The notes beneath the pieces were generated by a model. That model made no database searches, was not told the origin of the DNA, and saw only the letters and a list, made by a program, of their open reading frames with translations. From the NCBI RefSeq assembly GCF_009914755.1, contig NC_060926.1: 64,000 nt of DNA; one strand, given 5' to 3'. Shown here piece by piece: positions 12,052-28,288 of this stretch. Both the position numbers and the translations under genes were made by a program. Each line of letters begins with the position of its first letter. Within the stretch, counting starts at the first letter, position 1. The stretch is from the human T2T-CHM13v2.0 reference genome, Homo sapiens.

Positions 12052-13420
12052 TGTGCTTATGAAAATCATATTAAATTGTGCAGTAGTAACAAACTAATCC
12101 CAGAAGTCTCAGGAATTAATATGTTTATCTGCTTACACATCATGTCCGACACAAGTCAGAGATGGATTCTAACCAGCTCAAGGACCCAGGCAGAACGAGG
12201 CTCCCTTCTCTGGTCTTTGTGGCAGCAAAGGAGAGAGATTAAATAGTTTCACAAGGGCTTTTCACTGTTTCAGCCAAGAAATGACACTTGTTATTTCTGC
12301 TCATATTTCTTTGGTCAGAACCAGTCCCATGGCCCTGCTCAGTTGTGAGAGTATAAATGCAATTCCTTGTGCACTTGAAAGGAAAAAAAAATGGTGAATA
12401 CTAGCATTGTCAACAACATCTGCCCTTTTGGTCATTGAATGATTGCCTCACTTTTTTTCCCCACACATTAAACACCTATTGTTCACAATAGAAATCACAA
12501 TAGAAAATGCAAAGTCTCCTCCATTCATCACAAGTAGGTCAACATCCAGGATATTGGGGGCATGAATGGTAGCCCATGCATTAGGTTTGGGAATTTTTTC
12601 CTCTCATTCCAAAGATTCATATCCTAAAAAGGAAACATGCAAGAATGAAACAGGGGCATATACTATAATGAAATAAGATCATCATAAGAAATACACCATG
12701 CAGGTGAAGGGAAAATGAGACCACTCATCAGTAACTGAAAGGACAATTCTGAGATCTGGGAGATACTCTGGGTTCCCCTAACCCGAGGAAGGAGACTGTT
12801 CCTTTATTAGGCCCTGATTTTGCTCTCTGGAAGCAGCTTCCTAATTTATTCTTTTAGGCCCATGGATCTGCCCTCTGGCTAGTTCTTTGTTTTCCCGTTA
12901 TTATCCTTCTCAGCTACTTCTGATATAAGCATGGGGTGGCATACCCTCTTTGGGAGCTGAGGGTCTTTCTCAGACTTTTCTTCCCATTATTCTTTCATTT
13001 CAATCAGCCAATTATTTCCTGAGCTCATCTCTTTATTAAAATACTTTGCTAAATGCCACAACTATCAGCACACTATTAACATCCTCATTTCTCACCCCAT
13101 CTCCTAGAGTCATAACTTCATTAAATTTCTGATCTCCCTCCCACACCACTATTGGTAATTATTTTACCAAACATTTTTGCACTGCATGCCGTGAATCTCC
13201 ATTTTCCTCCACCTTGAATATTATCCTCAGGAGCCTCTGCCTACCATCTGACATGTAAGCCAGTGCTACATAATTTACTATTTTTTTTTTTTGGCTGATC
13301 CTCACTCTTGGTAGCAATTTTGTGCTAACAATATCAGATTAAGTTACGCTGCAATGACAAATTAACCCTATAATCTTAGTAGCTTGTTACACCAAATCCT
13401 TGTTTATCTGCTCATAATAA
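12052..13420 (-). mobile_element. Old MaLR provirus relic (MLT1L-like): 3'LTR 12052-12418, internal 12419-13320, partial 5'LTR 13321-13420
   Basis: Two alignable LTR ends (TGTGCT..ATCA.ATTAA.TT..ACAAA.TAA.CC..TGTTTATCTGCT) at 12052 and 13321. Internal boundaries read AAAATTGCTACCAAGAGTG and PPT-like CCAAAAGGGCAGA on the minus strand. Confidence 0.65.
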
Positions 13421-13732
13421 ATACTATTAACTAACTGCTAAACATTGTGTAGACCATATAATCCAAGGCCCAATGGATTAGTGTTCCTAGATTTAAGTGA
13501 GAATGAGGAAAAACAAAGCTAACATTAACTAAGCACCTGGTATGCTCCAGAAATTGGTTAATGTTAATTTATATCAAAGAGGCTCAGTAACTTACTCAAA
13601 GCCACTGAGCGAGGATTTGAACCTAGTTCTTCCCAATTCCAAATCTCAAACCTTTTATGTTTCCTTTCATTCTTTTGAATCTCTACATTGCAGTTTTGTA
13701 GTATTTGACACAGGAGAGAAGGTGCTGTAAAG

Positions 13733-13897
13733 AAGTGGTTGTAGAATTTTCATGTGCATATATGTCATCCAGGGATCTTATTAAAATGCAGATTTTGATT
13801 TCTGGAGATAAGCCTGGGATTCTATATTTCTAACAAGACATCAAATGATGCTGATGCTCCTGGTCTTTAAGCCATTTTTTGAGTAGCAAGTTTCCAG
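13733..13897. mobile_element. MER5A (hAT-Charlie MITE)
   Basis: TTATTAAAATGCAGATT..TATTTCTAACAAG..ATGATGCTGATGCT..TTTGAGTAGCAAG. Confidence 0.75.
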
Positions 13898-14559
13898 AGC
13901 ATTTTATTATAATCAAAGACAATCTTGTGCAAAAGTTTGCATATGTAAAGTTATCTAAAGCAATGTCTTTACTGATCTAGAAAGAAATTGTTTTAAATAA
14001 CACATTGAATAAAAAAATTTAAAAATTAGATTCACAATTACCACTGGTAAGAGATTAAATATGTATTAGTTCTCAATGTTAAGTGCACTTTGCATTAAAA
14101 ATAACTAGATAGAAAGACACTAATGAGCCTGTTTTTATGATTCATTCAGTAAGGATATGCTTTGAATCAAAGAAAACGGAGGGTCTTGACTAAAGTGTGC
14201 TGAGCTTTTGATAATTCATTGGACCAAAACACATGTTATTGTAAGATACCTCTTAATTTTTGTTTCATCTAAAATTGGAAAATATGAGAGGAATACACTT
14301 CTTAAAAATACACTTCTCAGAGCATATTTTTTATAAAATTTTTAAATTTTTTTCTTTTACTTCAAGTTCTGGGATACATGTGCATAACGTGCAGGTTTGT
14401 TACATAGGTATACATGTGCCATGGTGGTTTGCTGCACCCATCAACCCATCATCTACATTAGGTATTTCTCCTAATGCTATCCCTCCCCTAGCCCCCAACC
14501 CATGACAGGCCTCAGCGTGTGATGTTCCCCTCCCTGTGTCCATGTGTTCTCATTGTTCA

Positions 14560-18386
<3,827 letters not shown>

Positions 18387-18449
18387 TATGATGCTATTTG
18401 GTTATTTTGCCCATTAGTTGATGCACTTTCTTCATAGGGATGATGGTCT

Positions 18450-19475
18450 TTACAATTTGGTATGTTTTTGCAGTTGCTGGTACCAGTTGTTCCTTTCCAT
18501 GTTTAGTGCTTTCTTCAGGAGCTCTTGTAAGGCAGGCCTGGTGGTGACAAAATCTCTCAGCATTTGCTTGTCTGTAAAGGGTTTTATTTCTCCTTCACTT
18601 ATGATGCTTAGTTTGGCTGGATATGAAATTCTGGGTTGAAAATTCTTTTTTTTAAGAATGTTGAATATTGGCCCCCACTCTCTTCTGGCTTGTAGGGTTT
18701 CTGCAGAGAGACCTGCTGTTAGTCTGATGGGATTCACTTTGTGGGTAATCCAACCTTTCTCTCTGGCTGCCCTTAACATTTTCTCCTTCATTTCAACCTT
18801 GGTGAATCTGATGATTATCTGTCTTGGGGTTGCTCTTCTCGAGGAGTATCTTTGTGGTGTTTTCTGTATTTTCTGAATTTGAATATTGGCCTGTCTTGCT
18901 ACATTGGGGAAGTCCTCCTGGATAATATCCTGAAAAGTGTTTTCCAACTTGGTTCCATTCTCCCCATCACTTTCAGGTACACCAATCAAACATAGGTTTG
19001 GTCTTTCCGTATAGTCCCATATTTCTTGGAGGCTTTGTTGATTCCTTTTCATTCTTTTTTCTCTAATCTTGCCTTCACGCTTTATTTCATTAAGTTGATC
19101 TTCAATCTCTGATATCCTTTCTTCCGCTTGGTCGATTTGGCTATTGATACTTGTGTATGCTTCACGAAGTTCTCATGATGTGTTTTTCAGCTTTATCAGG
19201 TCATTTGTGTTCTTCTCTAAACTGGTTATTTTAGTTAGCAATTTGTCTAACCTTTTTTAAAGGTTGTTAGCTTCCTTGCATTGGGTTAGAACATTCTCCT
19301 TTATGTTGGAGGAGTTCATTATTACCTACCTTCTGAAGCCCACTTCTATCAATTCATTAAACTCATTCTCCATCCAGTTTTGTTCCCTTGCTGGGGAGGA
19401 GTTGTAATCCTTTGAAGGAGAAGAGGCATTCTGGTTTTTGCAATTTTCAGCCTTTTTGCGCTGATTTCTCTCCAT
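18450..19475 (-). pseudogene. L1 ORF1p (coiled-coil/RRM/CTD), disrupted
   Basis: Start ATG at 19475 (MERNQRKKAEN..). Only the C-terminal 200 aa is open in the ORF track (QEIWDY..RPNL.LIGVPE..PRISYPAKLS). Confidence 0.9.
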
Positions 19476-20587
19476 CTTCATGTGTTTACCTACCTTTGGT
19501 CTTTGATGTTGGTGACCTTCGGATGGGGTTTTGGTGTGGAGGTCCGTTTTATTGATGTTGATACTATTCTTTTCTGTTTGTTAGTGTTCCTTCTAACAGT
19601 CCCCTCTGATGCAGGTCTGCTGGAGTTTGCTGGAGGTCCACTCCAGACCCTGTTTGCCTGGGTATTACCAGTAGAGGCTGCAGAACAGCAGAGATTGCTG
19701 ACTGTTCCTTCCTCTGGAAGCTTCATCCCAGAGGGGCACCCACCAGATGCCAGTTGGAGCTCTCCTGTATGAGGTGCCTGTTGACCCCTGCTGGGAGGTG
19801 TCTCCCAGTCAGGAGGCATGGGGGTCAGGGACCCACTTGAGGAGGCAGTCTGTCCCTTAGCAGAGTTTGAGCGCTGTGCTGGGAGATCCGCTGCACTCTT
19901 CACAGCTGGCAGGCAGAAATGTTTAAGTCTGCTGAAGCTGTACCCTGTTCCCCCAGGTGCTCTGTCCCAGGGAGATGGGAGTTTTATCTATAAGCCCCTG
20001 ACTGGGGCTGCTGCCTTTGTTTCAGAGATGCCCTGCCCAAAGAGGAGGAATCTAGAGAGGCAGTCTGGCTACAGCGGCTTTCCCAAGCTGTGGTCCAGTT
20101 TCGTGCTTGAAACCCAGGGCCCTGGTGGTGTAGGTACCAGAGGGAATCTCCTTTCCTGTGGGTTGTGAAGACCATGGGAAAAGCACAGTATCTGGGCCGG
20201 AATGCACTGTTCCTCACGGCGTTGTCCCTCATGGCTTCCCTTGACTAGGGGAGGAAGTTTCCCGACCCTTTGCGCTTCCCAGGTGAGGTGATGCCCCACC
20301 CTGCTTCTGCTTGCCCTCTGTGGGCTGCACCCACTGTCTAACCAGTCCCAGTGAGATGAGCCAGTTACCTCAGTTAGGAATGCAGAAATCACCTGCTTTC
20401 AGCATTGATCTCGCTGGGAGCTCCAGACTGGAGCTGTTCCTATTTGGCCACCTTGCCAGCCAGCCTTGCATATTGTTTATAAATTTAAGGACAATAATGA
20501 AATCCATGCCCAGATAAAAAGGGCATTTTAACCTATGAGGCAGAGCTGTGAAATGCTTCCAATTATTTGGCCTTCAAAAATGTTCCG

Positions 20588-20895
20588 GGCCAAGTGCAAT
20601 GGCTCACACACCTGTAATACCAGAGCTTTGGGAGGTCAAGGCTGGAGGATTTCTTGAGGCCAGGAGCTCAAGACTGGCCTGGGAAACATTGTGAGACCCG
20701 ATCTCTACAAAAATGTGTTAAAAATTAGCCTGTTGTGGTGGCACACACCTGCAATCCCAACTACTCAGAAAGCTGAGGCAGAAGGATGGCTTTAGCCCAG
20801 GAGTTCCAGGCTGCTGTGAGCTATGATCATACCACTACTGCACTCCAGCATGGGGAAACAGAGTGAAAGCCTGTCTCTAACAAAACAAAACAAAG
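20588..20895 (+). mobile_element. AluJ
   Basis: Dimeric Alu with TTGAGGCCAGGAG and GTGAGCTATGATCA (J-type), AAAAC tail. Confidence 0.9.
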
Positions 20896-21196
20896 AATTT
20901 TCAGATGTGCGATTGTCTAGTCAAGGAGGCTGCACTTCTACATTTACATAAAAGAGAGGAAAAATTTTAGATAAATAAATGTCATCCTTAATGTGTGAAC
21001 AAAAGGACATTAATCACAAGTAAATGTAAAATATTTGCTCCAGAAAGCTTGAAGATCAATTGAGTCCATGGGAGTAAATTACTCAATGATCTCTTGAAGA
21101 TACAAGAATAGAAAGAGAAGATTATTTAATTACAAAGAAGGTCTCTGTGGAGAACATGCCATTCACAATCCATCAATATGAATTCAGAACATCGGC

Positions 21197-21250
21197 CAAG
21201 CTTTCTGTTCTAACCTCATGACACAAGCTTTCTGTTCTAACCTCATGACA
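21197..21250. repeat. Perfect 27-bp tandem duplication
   Basis: CAAGCTTTCTGTTCTAACCTCATGACA x2. Confidence 0.97.
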
Positions 21251-21811
21251 CCGAAGCCTGGATATCTCCCAGACATTCTAGGAAAGATTACTTAGAGGTG
21301 TTCATTGTTCTCTAGAGTCCTTAGCTGGTCTGAGGTCATAATATAGACACTAATTTTTGTTCTGTTAAATCAGCAATCTACCTTCCATGTATTTGCTTAA
21401 AGTATCTTTTACCAAGACCACTATATTTCCTTTAATAATTCAATAATAACACAGTCATACTACTGAAAACTGTGATGTGAATTAGATCACATTATACAAA
21501 ACCCTCTTGCTATACTAAGGGGGTGGTCTGTTAGGAAAGAGTGCCGTATACTGCTAGGAGTCAGTGTGCAAGGTCTTCTTCCTATAAGAACAATGTTCCT
21601 ATAGGGAATATCCAAACATTTTCTAAGGTATTCTCTAAGTAACTTACTGCTTTCAAGGGAGAAGCATGGTCATACCACTTGGAAACTGCCATTGTCCTAA
21701 ATGGCTTGAAAGCTAAATACGACTTTTTCTCTAAGCGCTTCTATGATTATTGTCTTTAGTAATATAAAAAGAAAAATTGCTGGATAAAGTAAAAATAAAC
21801 AAATACATAAG

Positions 21812-22172
21812 TGTATTAGTCCATTTTCACGTTGCTGATAAAGACATACCAGAGACTGGGTAATTTGTAAAGAAAGAGAGGTTTAATGGACTCATAGTTT
21901 CACATGGCTCATCAGGCCTTACAATCATGGCAGGAGGCAAGAGGCACATCTTACATCACAGTAGACAAGACAGAATGAGAGTCAAGTGAAAGGGGTTTCC
22001 CCTTATAAAACCATCAGATCTCGTGAGACTTATTCACTACCATGAGAATAGTATTGGGGAAATTGTCCCCATGGTTCAATTATCTCCCACTGGGTCCCTC
22101 CCACAACAGGTGGGAATTATGAGAGCTACAACTCAAGATGAGATTTGGGTGGGGACCAGCTGAACCATATCA
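21812..22172 (-). mobile_element. THE1B/C-like MaLR solo LTR
   Basis: TGTATTAGTCCATTTTCAC..GCTGATAAAGACATACC..GAACCATATCA; TSD ATAAG/ATAAC. Confidence 0.92.
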
Positions 22173-22639
22173 ATAACTATAAAATTATTTATAATTTAAT
22201 AAAAAAGTTATTAAAACAGATTTTAATAACTTAGTTAAAGCCTCTGGATCCAGCGGTGCCTTCAGCCCCATCTCCGAATTTTCCATTTATGGGGTGAGTT
22301 AGAGTTTTGGCATTTGCTGAAAGAAGGATCATGACTCACATACCCTTCTTTACTTTCTAATAGCATGGCTGATATTCAAGATTTAAACAAGACTTTGCTA
22401 AGCATACGGAATAACAGTAGAAAAATTAAAAAGAGGCAACATCCAATTTGCCTGGTTTATATGTTATAATTCCCTCATATTTATTGTACAAGCAACTACA
22501 TCTTCTTGGCCAGGATCCATATGACAGAGGATACCAGTTATGACAACCCCCAAAAGTCTTCCAAAAGCCAAACCTGAACTACCTCTGTGGCCCCACTGCT
22601 GTCCCAGCTGACCTCTGTCCCATGCACCCATCGCCTCAT

Positions 22640-22980
22640 TGCCCTGGATTACATCAAATCCTCCACATTTCCTGTGAACTCTGTACCTCAGCTCATGCTG
22701 TTCCTTGAGCTGGAAATATCTTCCTTCCTACCACATCTTTCCTAACTTTAACACCCCACTCAACCTACAAACACAGCTGAGAAATTTTACATTACTTTCC
22801 CTATGACTCCAGCCTATGTCTTTCTCTGTATTCCTGCAGAATATAGCTTATACCTCCATCTCCACCTTTACTCACCTCCTGCATTTTACTAGAGCTCGTT
22901 TTGTCTGCTCCACTGGTCAGTAAGTTCTCTAGGAGCAGGGACAATGTGTGATAATCTCTGAGTCCAAAAGCATAGCTTAG
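22640..22980 (+). mobile_element. L2 3' fragment
   Basis: CTCATGCTGTTCCTTGAGCTGGAAAT..CAGTAAGTTCTCTAGGAGCAGGGAC. Confidence 0.55.
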
Positions 22981-24526
22981 ATCTGTCTTTGTATTGTTAC
23001 TGCCTGAATTTGCCTTTAGTGCCATTGTATACAGCTTTAAAACAAAATAATTGGGTCAGATCACTAGGCTCCTGCTTCTGGTTTCTGATTTTAGCAGAAA
23101 TATAAAATCATTTATACTGTAGTGTGGGATAAAGCTAGGATGTCCTTCCTACCAAAGTTGATTGTTTCCCAAATAGTCTTTCAACAAAGGTAGGCTGTCT
23201 CCTGAGAAGGCATATGTTGTGGTGGTGTCGGGGGGAGTGGGGGTCCTTCTCTCAAACACTGGGCTGCCTTTTAAGTCCACTGGGTAGAGCTTGGTGACAT
23301 GGAAGATTCTGCCACATTTCTGTTCAGCTTAGCTAAGGCCCCTCCATATAAAACATACATATCCACACAGAACACGTCACATTGCTGCATCCTACCATGC
23401 CCTCAAATACACATCACACACCAGACCCTTGACACCTGCTCACGGATACACACAATGTATGTTGCACATGCATACACACTGGAAGTAGAATAAATTCTGA
23501 TATTTTTGAGATAGATTCTCAATAATTATGAATAAAGATATAGACTGCTACTATCAATGAATTTTTAAAACAGAAACATTGAAGCAGAATAAAATTAGCA
23601 AACCTACCCTTTCACCCTTAATTCCTACTGACCTACTCTAAATCTTTCCCATCAAACCCATGCTGTCTCCTTTTTATGCTTAAAAATGACTTGAACTCTC
23701 CCATCTGTTTTTTCCTTCATATTGTTTATTCTAATGCTTTCCTTAATTCTGTTCTAGATTCCTAACAAACAAATCCAACCTTCAGCATCCTGCCCAAAAT
23801 ACCCTGTCTAAATCCAGATCTTTCTGAGGCTCTCAGCCTCCTGAGAACTGAATTCTTATGGTATGAATTAAATACTAATTTAAATGGACATGATGTTCTC
23901 ATGTCATAGCAATTTTATTATAAGGCCTTAAGATTAGGACCTCTGTCTCGTATGCCTACACTTAGTACTTAACATGGGGCTGCACACAAGCTGGTTGCTC
24001 AGGCCATCTGTAAGGGCAAGCCCTCTCTCTATGAGAGAGGAACCGGCGGCCTCCTCCTCCATCATGGTGTGTAATTTGCTGGCCCTCAGCCATAGGGCTT
24101 TCCTTCTTCAGACACCCTCTTGGAGAATCAGTTATTAAAGCCATAAACCCAAGATCATAAATAACTTTCCCAAGTCCCAGTGAATCTGTATTTCATATGA
24201 AGCATGTTATTTTTGAGAAGAGGCCCAATTCCTTTGGAAATCACGTAGTAAGAAATAAGAGAGGTATCTTCCATGGAATCACATGATGGTTTCACATACA
24301 GCTCTCGTCAGGCCTCACTCAAAACATAACACACTGGCCAATCAGATATCACAATCTTGGTGGCTTCAGCCCTCAGCACAGAAATCTCATTTTCTTCCTC
24401 TCTTGGGACCTGAATTTCCACTGCCCAGAAGTCATTTTTCTTGAAGATTTCATTTCTAACATCAGTGTAGGAATAATAATTTTTAAAAAGCCGTTTCGTT
24501 CCTGAACAAGATTGAGATAAATCAGG

Positions 24527-24529
<3 letters not shown>

Positions 24530-24558
<29 letters not shown>
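24530..24558. repeat. (TG)n microsatellite, about 14 units
   Basis: Read directly. Confidence 0.97.
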
Positions 24559-24561
<3 letters not shown>

Positions 24562-25769
24562 TTGTTTTTTGCTTCCTTGGACTTCCCTGATCTTCCCTGA
24601 TGACCCTGGGGTAGTGGCCATGGAGGGAGGACAGCTATCAAAAGATGCCAGGTTTCCCATGACTAAGGAGTATAGATACATTTAATGAATGTGTCTAGGA
24701 TACAAGAACATTGATGTCCAAAGCCCAGAGAATTTAGCTAACACTGACAGAGTGCATGACTTTCTGAAGAGACCAATTGGTATCAATGTTATCATTAACT
24801 CTGGGAGCAATTCACCAAACTGAGTCTAATTAGTGGAATGAGTTTTGTACAGTTTTTCTTTGGAAAATGACTCTTAAATTAGGCCAATTTCACAATAAGG
24901 AAAATACCAGAATCGTCCTTCAATTTATTTTGAAGTGTTCACAGACCATTTAACCATTTATTAATTGATTTAACAAGTATTTACTGAACAGTCACTTGGT
25001 GCATGCGGGTTGGAGATGCCCTTAGGTCTGTAGGCCTCTGGGCAAGTAATTTTCTATAAAAACTACTTAAGTCACCAAAAATCAGTATGTCAGAAGCATC
25101 TGGAAACTAATTTCATGCCATTCCATGAAAGAAACGTTATGCTGGCCAGCAGGAACTATCCTCTTTCCAAACCCCCTCCTAGAATCCTAAAACCAAGGTC
25201 AGGCCACATGACCCCAGAACAACTCCATTAACCCAAATGAAACTGCTGCCCCAGAGTGATCATTGGCACGAGAAGGGAACTTAGAAAATTCCCAGGGATC
25301 TTCTGCAAAGTGTGAGGATGCCTGATGTTTAGGGCCTGGGGCAGGCAACCCTTGCCTGGATCTGAGGGTGGTGTGGATATCGGTGACTAAATCATAATCT
25401 CTGCTCTCAAGGAGATCTCCTATTGTGTGGAATGTTCTTCTAACTCTGCCTGCCATGTAATATAATGTGCTCAAGTGTTATAGATGCCGTGATAAAGATG
25501 CATGTATTGTGTAATAAAAAGTCAAACGAAAAAGTGGTCAGTATTTGATCAATCTAAGGATAAATAAAAAATATACTTACATGATTTTGAAGCTGGACAT
25601 TTATGGTTCCTGGTTGTCATTTAAAAATGATCTGGGAACTTCTTTTGTCTGATTTGTCATGTGAACCAGGTGTCTGTAGAAACATCAGCACTCCAAACTG
25701 ACAATCAGACATGGATCACACTAGAAATAACAAGGGATTTGGATGAACACAAACTTGCATTTCTATCCC

Positions 25770-25890
25770 AGTTCCATCTAACACTTGATTGCCGTATGGT
25801 GCTGGAGAAAATAACTCCTCTAAGCCTCAGGTTTCTCATCTGTAAAATGAGGATCATAATACTTATTTCACTGGGCAGTTTTGAGGTTTA
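25770..25890 (+). mobile_element. MIR
   Basis: CTCTAAGCCTCAGGTTTCTCATCTGTAAAATGAGGATCATAATAC core. Confidence 0.8.
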
Positions 25891-26037
25891 AGTTACAGGT
25901 TTGTCTACAAACCTACGCTCATTGCATATCAGGTTTATTTGTTCTCGAAGTAGGAAAAATTGCAAAAAAAGAAAAAATTATGTTCTATAAAGTAAGATTG
26001 TCAGCTCACTCTAGTATAGGAGCCATTCCTATGAACG

Positions 26038-26135
26038 TATTGCTCACAGGCATGGAACCCAAAATGTTAGATTCCAAAGCCTGGAATTCCAAAACCTGGA
26101 ATCTAACATTTTGGGTTCCATGTCTATAAGCAATA
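26038..26135. repeat. 39-bp near-perfect inverted repeat (hairpin), 20-nt spacer
   Basis: 26038-26076 pairs with 26097-26135. The inner 26 bp are perfect and the outer part has three transition differences. Confidence 0.95.
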
Positions 26136-26256
26136 ATTGAAGGTCAGGCTACACCAACCAGTGTGTGTAGGCTTCTATGCCAAGACTTGCATTCCACATG
26201 CCTTCCCTAAAAGCAACTTGGGGTAAATATATGTATCAGCTTTTAGGCTTCCTCAG

Positions 26257-26630
26257 TATCTTAACCAGCTGGGGCTGCTATCACAAAATGCCATAGACTG
26301 GGTGGCTTAAACAAGAGACGTTTATTTCTCACAGTTCTGAAGGCTGGGAAGTCCAAGGTGAAGGTGCCTTGGAATTAGTGTCTGGTGAGGGCCCTCTTCC
26401 TTGTTTGCAGATGGCACCTTCTCACTGTATCTTTACATGGTAGAGAGAGAAGGGGTTCTGGCCTCTTCCTCTTCTTAGGAGAGAATCATTCCTATCATGG
26501 AGGCTCCACCCTCATGACCTCATCTAAACCGAATTACCTTCCAAATGCCCCACCTATAAATGTCCTCATATTGGTGATTACAGCTTCATCCTAAGAATCT
26601 GGGGAGGACACAAACATTTAGTTTCTAACA
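26257..26630 (-). mobile_element. MLT1A/MLT1A0 MaLR solo LTR
   Basis: GGGCTGCTATCACAAAATGCCATAGACTGGGTGGCTTAAAC..GGACACAAACATT..TAACA; perfect TSD CTCAG (26252-26256 / 26631-26635). Confidence 0.9.
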
Positions 26631-27987
26631 CTCAGTTTCTAAGTAGAGGTTCGGACCTGTAGGAATGGAGGCTCCTGGAAACCAGAGGGGTCAGAAGAAA
26701 GCCAGACCCATCAGATTTCTTTTATCAGATGTCAACAAATCTTCCTCAGTACCCACCTGTGCCTGTGGAAAGCTCTTCCCGTCAGAGCAATGCTCAAGAC
26801 TTCAGTCTGTCCAGATGATTCCATGACCCACCCTTCTATTATCCCCAGTTGTAGAGCATAGCACAGCTTAAGCTTGGAGATGGGGTGGGGAGTGAGGGGT
26901 AGGAGCTACAGATGGGAAGCAGGGCTTTGGGTGGGGGTTGAAGTTGGGATCCCTGTTGTACAGAGAGAGATTACTCTTGAAGGACCAAAAAAATAGTAGT
27001 TTACTTAAATGGTGGCCAAAGAGTATCTCAGCAGGAATTTCATTTACAAAGCTGATGTCATAGAAGCTCAAGACTTAACTCATATAATGTCTTCCCTCAT
27101 AGAGGAAGAAGCAGAAACATAGGATAATCTATGAGTGCAAATCCATTCTCCCACCCAGGAATCTCTCTATGACTTCTCCTAACCCCAATGTGAGAAGCAT
27201 CCAGCACATCAGCTATGGATATCAAGAACTCTGATACCAGGGAGCAAGTGACCCATGCCCTTTAGGAGGTCAAAGAAAGGGCTGTGGTGTCTTTGAGGTG
27301 TGGGAGTGTAATTAGGCAGTCGGGAAGTCAGAGAAATTCAGAAGAGGGCATTTGAATTGGATACAAGACTTCAATAAAGAATGATGGGAAGAAAGAGCAG
27401 AGAGATAAACCCAAACCACACAGATGGGAAAAGAGGCTACGTTTAGGGAACACGGAAGAAGCCAACCTGGCTCAAGCTGAGGATGTGCTCAGGGAAGGGT
27501 TGCTGGGATACTGGGGGACTTGGAAACTAAGGAAGGGCTCTGTGCATCACATTCGTACCCCAGGTTTGTCTCTCAGCCCTGCTCTCCCCAGGGGCTGCCC
27601 CGCAGCAAATAAGTCAGGAAAAAGCCATCTTTTCAGCACTTCTTGATTTTGCAGTTGGAAGCCTCAGAGCAAAACACTAGGAAATTTAGAGAAATGTTTT
27701 GCACACTTGTATAGAAGGGGCCACTGTTTTGGAATAGAAACATCTCGTTATAATAAGTCTGCACACAGAAACAGATGGAAGTAGATAAGTATCAGGTCTT
27801 GCCTCCAATTCTGTCAGCCAAGAGAGAAGGAAATTTGAGCTGTTAGTTATGGAGTCTTCCTCAAATCCAGGTCAGCACAGAGTTTTTGTGGTTGAGTTAC
27901 TTCCCCCTCCTTTTTTTTTTTAAAGAGACCCTAAATTTCCTAGGATTGCAAATATTTTGGAAAAGAAAACCCCTTTAAAGAAAAAGA

Positions 27988-28288
27988 GGCCGGGCGTGGT
28001 GGCTCATGCCTGTAATCCCAGCACTTTGGGAGGCTGAGGTGGGCGGATCACCTGAGGTCAGGAGTCTGAGACCAGCCTGGACAACATGGCAAAACCTCGT
28101 CTCTACTAAAAACACAAAAATTAGGCGGGAGTGATCCAGGTGCCTGTAGTTCCAGCTACTCGGGAGGCTGAGACAGGAGAATTGCTTGAACGTGGGAGGT
28201 AGAGGTTGCAGTCAGCCGAGCCACTGCACTCCAGGATGGGTGACAGAGAGAGACTCTGCCTAAAAAAAAAAAAAAAGAAAGAAAGAAA
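27988..28288 (+). mobile_element. AluS (Sx-like)
   Basis: GGCCGGGCGTGGTGG..GGATCACCTGAGGTCAGGAG; A/GAAA tail; small deletion in the right arm. Confidence 0.93.

Noticed and set aside
19490-20392. ORFs in the L1 5'UTR as possible ORF0
   Set aside because: None begins with the ORF0-like N-terminus, and that region appears deleted in this copy.
21197-26135. Short repeats as a CRISPR-like array
   Set aside because: Eukaryotic DNA, only two copies per repeat and no repeat-spacer periodicity.
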